A stretch of DNA of 32,000 bases from Nostoc punctiforme PCC 73102 (GTDB taxonomy: Bacteria > Cyanobacteriota > Cyanobacteriia > Cyanobacteriales > Nostocaceae), in contig NC_010628.1 of the NCBI RefSeq assembly GCF_000020025.1, forward strand, positions 4,110,001-4,142,000, read 5' to 3'. Position numbers and translations under genes: made by a program. The notes under the pieces are model-generated. The model saw only the letters and a program-made list of their open reading frames with translations, ran no database searches and had not been told where the DNA came from. The stretch's first letter is position 1. Every line of letters starts with the position of its first letter. Below, piece after piece: positions 1 through 8,475 of this stretch.

Positions 1-2
1 CA

Positions 3-860
3 CTGCTGAATTTACTCTATTTTCGGTTTGGCAACTCTTTTCTCGAACCCATCTGGAATCGCAACTATGTTGAAAGCATCCAAATTGTGATGGCAGAGGA
101 CTTTGGCATTCAAGGAAGGGGACGCTTCTATGAGGAGACTGGTGCAATTCGGGATGTGGTGGAAAACCACATGCTGCAAGTATTGGCTTCAGTGTGCATG
201 GATGCTCCCGCTAGTACGGCGGCCGATTCCATTCGAGATGAAAAAGCACGTATTCTCAAAGCTATACCTTCACTGCAACCCGATGATATTATTCGCGGTC
301 AATTTTCTGATTACCGCAACGAAGAAGGCGTTTCTCCTGATTCTCAAGTAGAAACTTTTGTTGCCGTGCGGTTATTTATTAATACGTGGCGGTGGTCAGG
401 AGTTCCCATCTACATCCGGGCTGGAAAGAAATTACCTGTTAAAACTACTGAGGTGATGGTCAAGCTCAAGTGTCCACCTTTAGATGTGTTCCAGGAGGGA
501 GGAAAAGAAAACGCTAATTATGTTCGTTTTTTACTAGATCCAGAGGTAATTGTGGGATTGGGCGCTCGCACTAAAATCCCTGGAGAAGATATGAGTGGCT
601 CTGCGGTTGAACTCCTGGCTTTTTACGGAGGTGGCGACGAGATGGAACCCTATGAGCGTCTATTGGGTGATGCCATGCGGGGCGATCCCACCTTGTTTGT
701 ACGAGAAGATACCGTAGAAGAAGAATGGCGGATTGTTCAACCAATCCTTGATAACGTCACACCCGTTTACGAGTATGAGCCAAATACATGGGGCCCACCT
801 GAGTCAGATAAACTGCTCTCGCCAATAGATGATTGGTACAATCCCTTGGGTAGAGAGTAG
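3..860 (+). CDS. zwf: Glucose-6-phosphate 1-dehydrogenase, C-terminal part (5' end lies outside the window)
   Basis: The frame of ORF 87..860 stays open back to the window edge ([61 protein letters not shown]). The EPxWNR and RDxxxNHxLQ blocks are hallmarks of the G6PD C-terminal domain. Confidence 0.85.
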   Translation: MLNLLYFRFGNSFLEPIWNRNYVESIQIVMAEDFGIQGRGRFYEETGAIRDVVENHMLQVLASVCMDAPASTAADSIRDEKARILKAIPSLQPDDIIRGQFSDYRNEEGVSPDSQVETFVAVRLFINTWRWSGVPIYIRAGKKLPVKTTEVMVKLKCPPLDVFQEGGKENANYVRFLLDPEVIVGLGARTKIPGEDMSGSAVELLAFYGGGDEMEPYERLLGDAMRGDPTLFVREDTVEEEWRIVQPILDNVTPVYEYEPNTWGPPESDKLLSPIDDWYNPLGRE

Positions 861-906
861 GATATATTACAATACGGTTCATTTAAGGGCTACTGGCAAA
901 AATTTT

Positions 907-950
907 GGGTTTTTGAGACGCGATAAATCGCCGTCTCTACAAGTGTTTTG
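907..950. repeat. Copy 1 of a ~45-bp dispersed palindromic repeat (GGGTTTTGAGACGCGATAAATCGCCGTCTCTACAAGTGTTTTG), terminator-like
   Basis: Near-identical to 7489..7533 in the same orientation. The core GAGACGCGAT-AA-ATCGCCGTCTC can form a hairpin with one bulge and is followed by GTTTTG. It lies 47 nt after the zwf stop. Confidence 0.7.
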
Positions 951-1042
951 CTCTTATCTGAACTATATTGGGATATATTACTCGCAGACTTGGCAATATA
1001 ATATCGGGGCTTCACCAATTAATAGCAATGGTAAGCAAGTTC

Positions 1043-1068
1043 GTAGTAAGAACTTTAGTCCTTACTAC
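1043..1068. terminator. Candidate hairpin between convergent zwf and pgm (GTAGTAAG-N10-CTTACTAC)
   Basis: Perfect 8-bp inverted repeat about 30 nt beyond the true pgm stop codon (1097..1099, minus strand). There is no clear U-run, so the call is weak. Confidence 0.3.
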
Positions 1069-1096
1069 AAACCTCAAAACTAGCGGGAGCAAAGTA

Positions 1097-1249
<153 letters not shown>

Positions 1250-1272
1250 TTATGTAAAAATAAATTGAACAA

Positions 1273-1851
1273 TTAACTGACTACTTTGGGTTTGATAATA
1301 TAGTTCCACTCACCATGAAAAGAATTTCGTTCGATTGCGATAGTATCAAGCTCTTGGTCTGTAACCTTGATTCCCGTTTTGTAGAGATTTGGATCTAATC
1401 TAGCTTCAACTTCTAATCCTTGTGTGGTGGTAGTATTGCGAATTAGATTAATCACAACTTGCAAGCTAGTTAATGGTCTGCCTCGCCAGTTTTGGGTAAT
1501 GTGACAAAACAAGCGATGCTCAATCTTATTCCATTTACTTGTGCCTGGAGGAAAATGACACACATGAATAGTTTTACCAGTATCAGTTGCTAATTCTTGT
1601 AACTTCAATTTCCACAATCGTGAGCGATAACTATTGCTACCACCGCAATCAGCCGTAATCATTATATGCTCACTGCTGGGATAAACTTGTTTACCCATTG
1701 AGTACCACCAATGACGAATAGACTCGACTGCAAACTCTGCGGTATCGTGGTCAATGCCAACATTTACCCATCCTTGATTTGAGGTTAAGTCATAAATTCC
1801 GTAGGGAATTGCCTTGCCCAACTTGGGGTCAACAAAATCATGCATTTTCAC
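1273..1851 (-). CDS. ISAzo13-family transposase, downstream ORF (DDE catalytic region), in the -1 frame relative to the upstream ORF
   Basis: The frame is open upstream to the A-run, reading KKKELIGDFKNSGTEWCEKEQPIEVKMHDFVDPKLGKAIPYGIYDL... This is the expected continuation of the upstream ORF after a -1 shift. Confidence 0.8.
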   Translation of the reverse strand: MKMHDFVDPKLGKAIPYGIYDLTSNQGWVNVGIDHDTAEFAVESIRHWWYSMGKQVYPSSEHIMITADCGGSNSYRSRLWKLKLQELATDTGKTIHVCHFPPGTSKWNKIEHRLFCHITQNWRGRPLTSLQVVINLIRNTTTTQGLEVEARLDPNLYKTGIKVTDQELDTIAIERNSFHGEWNYIIKPKVVS

Positions 1852-1907
1852 CTCAATTGGCTGTTCCTTTTCACACCACTCGGTTCCAGAATTTTTAAAA
1901 TCTCCAA

Positions 1908-2504
1908 TTAATTCTTTTTTTTTGTATCAACTGAAATTACGGGTTCGTTCTGGGATTGAAAGTGCAAGACTTGGTTGGAAATATGTAAAAACTGATCATC
2001 TCTATCTGGATGAGATGAGCCATCACGGGTTTTACGATTTGATTGTAAGCTGTAGCCAAGCGATTCAAGTAAGTTATAAACACTTTTAGGACTAGTCCTA
2101 TGTCCCCCAATGTTTAATGCCGCAGCCAGTTTCACAACACTTTTAGAAGTCCATTTTAGAGGAGATTCTGGGTCTCCCAGTGTCACTGGTTCAATCAGCG
2201 ATTCTAAATCTGATAGCAGCATTGCGTCTTTTTCTTCAAGTAGTTTACGTCCAGCACCTGACGAACGAATTCGATTACTATCATCATTCGAGGTTTTTTC
2301 CCCCGAAGCGTCTAACAATAACCGTATCCCAGCATGGATTGTAGTCCGGGATAGTCCAGTTGCGAGCGCAACCTGACTCACGCCTCCCCAGCCCAGGCTT
2401 CGGGCTTCAATTGCTGCCCAAATACGCCGTGTTTTCTCATTCAAATAAGGCGATAACGAATCGTACTTGTCTTGAATGCTTTCTACTACCTGCTTATCAG
2501 ACAT
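1908..2504 (-). CDS. ISAzo13-family transposase, upstream ORF (N-terminal HTH region)
   Basis: MSDKQVVESIQDKYDSLSPYLNEKTRRIWAAIEARSLGWGGVSQVALATGLSRTTIHAGIR... is the N-terminus I recognise for ISAzo13-type (Rhodopirellula-type DDE) transposases. It ends ...VDTKKKN* inside an A9 run. Confidence 0.8.
   Translation of the reverse strand: MSDKQVVESIQDKYDSLSPYLNEKTRRIWAAIEARSLGWGGVSQVALATGLSRTTIHAGIRLLLDASGEKTSNDDSNRIRSSGAGRKLLEEKDAMLLSDLESLIEPVTLGDPESPLKWTSKSVVKLAAALNIGGHRTSPKSVYNLLESLGYSLQSNRKTRDGSSHPDRDDQFLHISNQVLHFQSQNEPVISVDTKKKN
1914..1923 (-). promoter_or_regulatory. A9 run containing the slippery heptamer A_AAA_AAG at the junction of the two transposase ORFs
   Basis: The minus strand reads GAT ACA AAA AAA AAG AAT TAA. 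A -1 shift on A AAA AAG joins ...DTKKK to ELIGDF... Confidence 0.4.
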
Positions 2505-2556
2505 ATAAGCCTTTAATTCGGTTACATTCTGATCATCTTACCATTCAGCAAATTGT

Positions 2557-4077
<1,521 letters not shown>

Positions 4078-4192
4078 TTATTTAACAAGGCATTTTCTTT
4101 TTACAGCTTTACATAAGTTTGTTACAAAAAATTGCCACGTATCATGTACCAAATGACAGGCGTAAATCCCTAATATCACTTTTTAGGGGTGG

Positions 4193-4303
4193 GGTTACAA
4201 TACTTGTCAGGTTTTGGGGGAAAGGGACTCATGTTAAAGGGGAAAAAACTTGATGTATCAAGCCTTCCACTCCTTTTCCCTTTAACCTACAAGTATTGTA
4301 ATC
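4193..4303. repeat. ~111-bp imperfect palindromic element (MITE-like or large hairpin) between the regulator gene and pgm
   Basis: Left arm GGTTACAATACTTGTCAGGTT (4193..4213) pairs with right arm AACCTACAAGTATTGTAATC (4284..4303). G-rich and C-rich inner arms partly pair, and the centre holds the palindrome CTTGATGTATCAAG (4248..4261). The right arm overlaps the stop codon of the 4302..4934 gene. Confidence 0.5.
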
Positions 4304-4934
4304 ACAGCATAATCAAACCCAGTCGCACACCCACAGCAACAGCCTCGGTACGGCTGGAGACACTGAGTTTTTGAAAAATAGATGAGAGATGAAATTTGAC
4401 GGTATGCTCAGAAATCTGCAAACGTTTAGCCATCGCTTTATTCCCCAACCCAGAACCAAGCATACCTAAAACTTCTATCTCGCGTGGTGTCAATGTTTGT
4501 ACAGGATTTGCCACCACTTTTTCTCGAATAGACAGTAATTCTATAGCATCCGGGTGCAGCACCACTAAACCAAAAGCGATCGCCTCCACAGCCGCGACAA
4601 TTTCTAACTCTGTGCTAGTACTGGGCAATATCCCCCGGATACCAGAACGTAATGCCGTCTCTAAGTCGATGCTATCGAGTTCCTCAATAATGGCGATCGT
4701 TCCTAATGGGTATTGCTGTTCTTGAATAAGCAGTAATTTTTCCCACACCGATTGTTGAAGGTTAGCGCTCAAATCTATCAGCACCACATCTGGTTGTAAT
4801 TGCCCAACTTCCCTTGCCAATTCATCCAAATCGGATGCACTCCCCACAACCGTCAGCCGAGGATTGGTAGTCACCACAGCTGATAACCCTGCCCGCACAA
4901 CAGGGGAAGTGGCAACTACCATTACTCGAATCAC
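4302..4934 (-). CDS. LuxR/NarL-family response regulator with a degenerate receiver domain
   Basis: The C-terminal HTH is TPREIEVLGMLGSGLGNKAMAKRLQISEHTVKFHLSSIFQKLSVSSRTEAV. The N-terminal receiver keeps the acceptor-position Asp (PDVVLIDL). The acidic pair is replaced (VMVVATSPVVR instead of DD), and no Lys is seen at the conserved position (GILPSTS). Confidence 0.85.
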   Translation of the reverse strand: MIRVMVVATSPVVRAGLSAVVTTNPRLTVVGSASDLDELAREVGQLQPDVVLIDLSANLQQSVWEKLLLIQEQQYPLGTIAIIEELDSIDLETALRSGIRGILPSTSTELEIVAAVEAIAFGLVVLHPDAIELLSIREKVVANPVQTLTPREIEVLGMLGSGLGNKAMAKRLQISEHTVKFHLSSIFQKLSVSSRTEAVAVGVRLGLIML

Positions 4935-5776
4935 GTTGCCTCCACAGCAGTTTTTCCAGACTGCACTGCAACATAAATCACTAATTGCTGCCCGCCGCGT
5001 AGGAGTTGTAGCGGCACAGATCCTTTACTGTCATAGAGATATTTAGTTAAATCATTCACGGTAGTGAATAATCGCCCCGAAACTCCAATTAAAATATCGC
5101 CGATTTGCACACCAGAAGTTTCCGCAACACTACCAGGTAAAATTGACAACACCAATAAACCCAAGCTACGCCTACCTAAAAGCACAGGTTGCAGCGTGAC
5201 TCCTAGTTGCGGACGACTATTTCCCTGTAAAAAACGCTCAACGGTGTTGCTGGGAACTGCTACAGCCAAACCATTAACAATCATGGTGTTAATTCCCACG
5301 ACTCGGCCTTGACAATCGGCAAGTGGTCCTCCAGAGTTTCCAGGATATAGTTGCAAATCAGCCATAACAGCCCGCGAATTATTTGCATAGATAATTCCAG
5401 TTGTCACAGCACCACTGTCAGCAAAGGGATTACCCACCGCCAAGATTAATTCACCTACTCGTAGTGCCTCAGAATTGCCAATAGTTGCAGCAGTTAAATC
5501 AGTGGCGACAATTTTCAGGGCTGCTAAATCCTGCTGTGGATCAAACTGTGTACGCACCGCATCAAATACTCTTCCATCTGCCAATTCCACAGTTGCACGG
5601 TTGCTGGTTGCGACATGGGCATTAGTGATAATTAGTCCGTCAGTTTGCCAAATTACACCGGAACCGATTCCTAGAGAGCCACTTTTCACTTTAACAGTGC
5701 GTAGGCGTAGTTTAGCAGCTACCTCTGTCAATTCAGCAGCAATATTAGTTAATGTTGTGTTTGCCATGTTATACAA
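4931..5776 (-). CDS. S1C (HtrA/DegP-like) trypsin-fold serine protease with one C-terminal PDZ domain; catalytic triad intact
   Basis: The motifs are TNAHV (His), DLAALKI (Asp) and PGNSGGPL (Ser). The PDZ-like tail is GLLVLSILPGSVAETSGVQIGDILIGVSG. I see no obvious signal peptide. Its stop overlaps the start of the regulator gene by 4 nt. Confidence 0.85.
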   Translation of the reverse strand: MYNMANTTLTNIAAELTEVAAKLRLRTVKVKSGSLGIGSGVIWQTDGLIITNAHVATSNRATVELADGRVFDAVRTQFDPQQDLAALKIVATDLTAATIGNSEALRVGELILAVGNPFADSGAVTTGIIYANNSRAVMADLQLYPGNSGGPLADCQGRVVGINTMIVNGLAVAVPSNTVERFLQGNSRPQLGVTLQPVLLGRRSLGLLVLSILPGSVAETSGVQIGDILIGVSGRLFTTVNDLTKYLYDSKGSVPLQLLRGGQQLVIYVAVQSGKTAVEAT

Positions 5777-5892
5777 TTTTTCCCCATGTCAAAGTAGAAT
5801 CTGTTAGCTGACAATAGTTTTTAGTCGGGTTGGGATAATTGAGAATGCTGCAAGATATCAGTCAACCCAACTTTGGAAAGCAAATTTTGACA

Positions 5893-6162
5893 GTTTCGAG
5901 TTCAGAGGCTCAACGTCCGAGCAAAAAGGTCGAAGTTCCGAGTTCAGAGGCTCAACATTCGAGCAAAAAGGTCGAAGTTCCGAGTTCAGAGGCTCAACGT
6001 CCGAGCAAAAAGGTCGAAGTTCCGAGTTCAGAGGCTCAACATTCGAGCAAAAAGGTCGAAGTTCCGAGTTCAGAGGCTCAACGTTCGAGCAAAAAGGTCA
6101 AAGTTCCGAGTTCAGAGGCTCAACATTCGAGTAAAAAGCTTGAAGTTCCGAGTTCAGAGGCT
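5893..6162. repeat. 42-bp tandem repeat, ~6.4 copies, built from six heptamers
   Basis: The unit is GTTCCGAGTTCAGAGGCTCAAC(G/A)T(C/T)CGAGCAAAAAGGTCGAA. Copies alternate between CGTCCGAGC and CATTCGAGC variants. The heptamer sub-periodicity is TTCCGAG/TTCAGAG/GCTCAAC/GTCCGAG/CAAAAAG/GTCGAAG. Confidence 0.9.
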
Positions 6163-6265
6163 TGAATGAATAGAAAATCTAGATAAATCTTCTTGACAGA
6201 GCTAGTTAAGGAATTTCCAGAAATTAAATGATCCAATTTTTAGAGCAAAGATGACATCGGATTCT

Positions 6266-6351
6266 TCCCCCCTGCCCCCTGCTCCCCTGCTCCCCTGCCT
6301 CCCCTGCTCCCCTGCCTCCCCTGCTCCCCTGCCTCCCCTGCTCCCCTGCTC
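6266..6351. repeat. C-rich (G-rich on the minus strand) tandem repeat (CCCCTGCT/CCCCTGCCT)n, about 11 C4 tracts
   Basis: Read directly from the sequence: ...CCCCTGCTCCCCTGCCTCCCCTGCTCCCCTGCCT... It begins 5 nt downstream of the stop codon of the 6356..7267 gene. Confidence 0.85.
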
Positions 6352-6355
6352 ACAC

Positions 6356-7267
6356 TTATTCCTCCTTAGTAGGTCGTTCGCCAACTGCGATCGCTAACTC
6401 AATTAACACTCCACCCCGGATAACTTGCAGGTTGACGGTTTTACCAATGCGATCGCTACTATTGAGCAGCGCCAACACATCACCTGTATCGCCTACAGTT
6501 ACGCCATCAAACGTTACCAAAATATCGCCAAGCAACACGCCTGCATTATCAGCAGGCCCAGAAGACTCAACATTAACGACAATTACCCCAGTTGCAGAAG
6601 TTAAATTGAGGGCTGTTTTTAGGTTTTTTGGTAAGCGTACAGGTTGCATTCCCACACCCAAGTAGCCTTTTGAAATGCGTCCTTTTGCTACCAATTGGTC
6701 AACCACACGATCGACTGTAGCAGTGGGAATAGTCAGAGCAGTACCACGCCGCCCCGATGTATTCATACCTACCACAAAACCAGCAGCATCTACGAGCGGC
6801 CCACCAGCAAAACCAGAGTAAAGGGTGATGTCTGGGCGGATGAATTGGTCAATATTCCCGCCATTCATACTGCGCCAAGCACCGCTAACTACACTTACCG
6901 CACCCATCGCTGCCCTTAAGTCACCTTCGCTACCTCTTGATAGTCCCAACACCAGATGACCAACTTTGAGCGTTTTGGCATCGCCAATTTTTGCCACAGG
7001 TATTTCTACATTTTCTAGTTTAAAAACAGCTATATCGGTGCTAGAGTCATGACCAACAAGTGTTACTGGTACAGTGCTACCATTTGATAGAGTAATGGTG
7101 ATGTCGTCATAGCGCTGGAGAGACTCATCAGAGGTAACAATGATGCCATTACGCCAGTGAATACCACTTGGGGAAACACGAGTACCCCCATTCACAGCAA
7201 CCACAGCACTTCCAGCTTGTTCTACGGTGTCAGCTAAACTGTTGGACAAAGCCACTAATGAAGACAT
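6356..7267 (-). CDS. S1C/HtrA-like protease homologue with PDZ domain, predicted catalytically inactive (His->Glu, Ser->Ala)
   Basis: It aligns with the neighbouring paralogue. IITNAHVA corresponds to IVTSDESL, and YPGNSGGPL corresponds to YSGFAGGPL. The Asp block is kept (TDIAVFKL). PDZ: GVIVVNVESSGPADNAGVLLGDILVTFDG. Confidence 0.8.
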   Translation of the reverse strand: MSSLVALSNSLADTVEQAGSAVVAVNGGTRVSPSGIHWRNGIIVTSDESLQRYDDITITLSNGSTVPVTLVGHDSSTDIAVFKLENVEIPVAKIGDAKTLKVGHLVLGLSRGSEGDLRAAMGAVSVVSGAWRSMNGGNIDQFIRPDITLYSGFAGGPLVDAAGFVVGMNTSGRRGTALTIPTATVDRVVDQLVAKGRISKGYLGVGMQPVRLPKNLKTALNLTSATGVIVVNVESSGPADNAGVLLGDILVTFDGVTVGDTGDVLALLNSSDRIGKTVNLQVIRGGVLIELAIAVGERPTKEE

Positions 7268-7384
7268 AAGATTTTTCCAAAAACATTCTTAGATGTTCAT
7301 ATCGTGTCCTTTTCTCAACACAGATGACATCGGAAAAATGGGGAGAACTCATCCTAGAAAAATGGCTAGGATCGTTGACATACT

Positions 7385-7405
7385 CCCCGGAATTGAATTC
7401 GGGGG
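7385..7405. other. Short palindrome CCCCGGAATT-G-AATTCGGGGG upstream of the pseudoprotease gene
   Basis: 10-bp arms with one mismatch, about 120 nt upstream of the ATG at 7267. The function is unknown. Confidence 0.25.
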
Positions 7406-7488
7406 ATTCTAGCTTCAAACAGCAATTGCAGTCATAGACTGTCTAACATCACCTAAGCCAACAGTCGATGCCCTATTTGTACAAAATC

Positions 7489-7533
7489 GTGGGTTTTGAG
7501 ACGCGATAAATCGCCGTCTCTACAAGTGTTTTG
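7489..7533. repeat. Copy 2 of the ~45-bp dispersed palindromic repeat
   Basis: GTGGGTTTTGAGACGCGATAAATCGCCGTCTCTACAAGTGTTTTGG is near-identical to 907..950. It abuts the stop codon of the TenA-family gene. Confidence 0.7.
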
Positions 7534-7534
7534 G

Positions 7535-8164
7535 TTATTTATTACCATCAATCCACGCAGCTTGAAAAAATTCATGCTCACAAAACATCGCATAACGGTA
7601 GGTTGAATTCACTACAGCATTGTTAGTGGCATAATTCTCAACTAAACTTTCTAATTGTTTTGCTAGTGATTGAAAGTCTGTGCTGCTGTAAGTACGAATC
7701 CAGTCTGCATATTGATGATTAGGAATACCATGAAGAGCCAACTGTTCTCCCAAGAAGCCATACAAACGCATACAAGGAGACATCGCCGCAGCAGTTAAAC
7801 CCACATCTCCACTCCAAGCAGTTGCTAACAAAAAATCAGTATAGCGGCGGGTGGCATAGCCAGCTTCCACAGAATCTAAATTCACTCCCCACTGGGAAGC
7901 ATAGCTACTATGCAGCCGTAGTTCTTCTAAAACTCCACTCGCTAAGTTATGAAATGTGGTAAAACCTAACCAGTCTGGTGCTTTAGCTGCGGCGATACTG
8001 TACGCCCGCGCAAAAGCTTCTAAGAAAAAAGCATCTTGCCCCACGTAGTAAGCAAATTTTACCGACTCAAGAATACCATTGCCAATGCCTTGAACGAAAG
8101 GATGCTCTAGGCAAGCTTGGGCTAAGTCTTGATTTGCTGCCCATAATTCATTAGATAAAGCCAT
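7535..8164 (-). CDS. tenA: TenA/thiaminase-II family protein (haem-oxygenase-like fold)
   Basis: The N-terminal pattern LWAANQDLAQACLEHPFVQGIGNGILESVKFAYYVGQDAFFLEAFARAY matches the family block HPF..G...G.L....F..Y..QD..Y. Confidence 0.75.
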   Translation of the reverse strand: MALSNELWAANQDLAQACLEHPFVQGIGNGILESVKFAYYVGQDAFFLEAFARAYSIAAAKAPDWLGFTTFHNLASGVLEELRLHSSYASQWGVNLDSVEAGYATRRYTDFLLATAWSGDVGLTAAAMSPCMRLYGFLGEQLALHGIPNHQYADWIRTYSSTDFQSLAKQLESLVENYATNNAVVNSTYRYAMFCEHEFFQAAWIDGNK

Positions 8165-8262
8165 TTGTTAAAAGTCATTTGTCAACTGTTATTAATGGTA
8201 TAGGAATGCGGTTTGATTTCTGTTCGCGCAGCGTGGCGTAGCCATATTTGCTTGCGTGGGAA

Positions 8263-8299
8263 GGCAAGAGGCAAGAGGCAATAGGCAATAGGCAATAGG
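8263..8299. repeat. Heptamer tandem repeat (GGCAAGA/GGCAATA)x5, STRR-like
   Basis: Read directly. An inverted counterpart lies at 11962..11985, on the other side of lanM. Confidence 0.8.
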
Positions 8300-8380
8300 A
8301 AAGAAGGGATAGATCCATACTGAGTTTTGTTCAAAAATCAAATAGGAGTTCTATATCAGGAAGCCGAAGCCAAAAAAGAA

Positions 8381-8420
8381 GAAAAACGAACCGCAAAGAA
8401 CGCAAAGGACACAAAGAAAG
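8381..8420. repeat. Dispersed repeat GAAAAACGAACCGCAAAGAACGCAAAGGACACAAAG (copy 1)
   Basis: Matches 16728..16767 with a few substitutions. It is embedded in an A-rich tract that produces the spurious Lys-rich ORF 8327..8533. Confidence 0.7.
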
Positions 8421-8475
8421 AAAAAAAGAAAGAAGAAGTTAAAAGGGTTTGGCGCAAACTCACAAAGAAATGGTA

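Noticed and set aside
5893-6162. Possible CRISPR array
   Set aside because: The units are contiguous, with no unique spacers between them, and no cas genes are present.
5839-6165. 108-aa ORF encoding repeats of VPSSEAQ(R/H)(P/S)SKKVE
   Set aside because: It is the translation of a near-perfect 42-bp DNA tandem repeat (14 codons per unit). It lies antisense to the surrounding genes and has no convincing start context. Copy identity at the DNA level points to a non-coding satellite. A repeat protein cannot be strictly excluded.
6202-6384. 60-aa Gly/Arg-rich ORF
   Set aside because: It is an artefact of translating the G-rich (GGGGAGCA)n repeat, and it overlaps the stop region of the neighbouring gene.
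6249-7334. Exact 13-mer AGATGACATCGGA on both sides of the pseudoprotease gene (6249..6261 and 7322..7334)
   Set aside because: A rough expectation of N^2/2 divided by 4^13 gives several chance 13-mer matches in a 32-kb window, so the match is not significant by itself.
8165-8330. Looked for a TPP riboswitch upstream of the TenA-family gene
   Set aside because: The conserved CUGAGA and ACCUGA-type elements were not found on the minus strand. The region is made of repeats.
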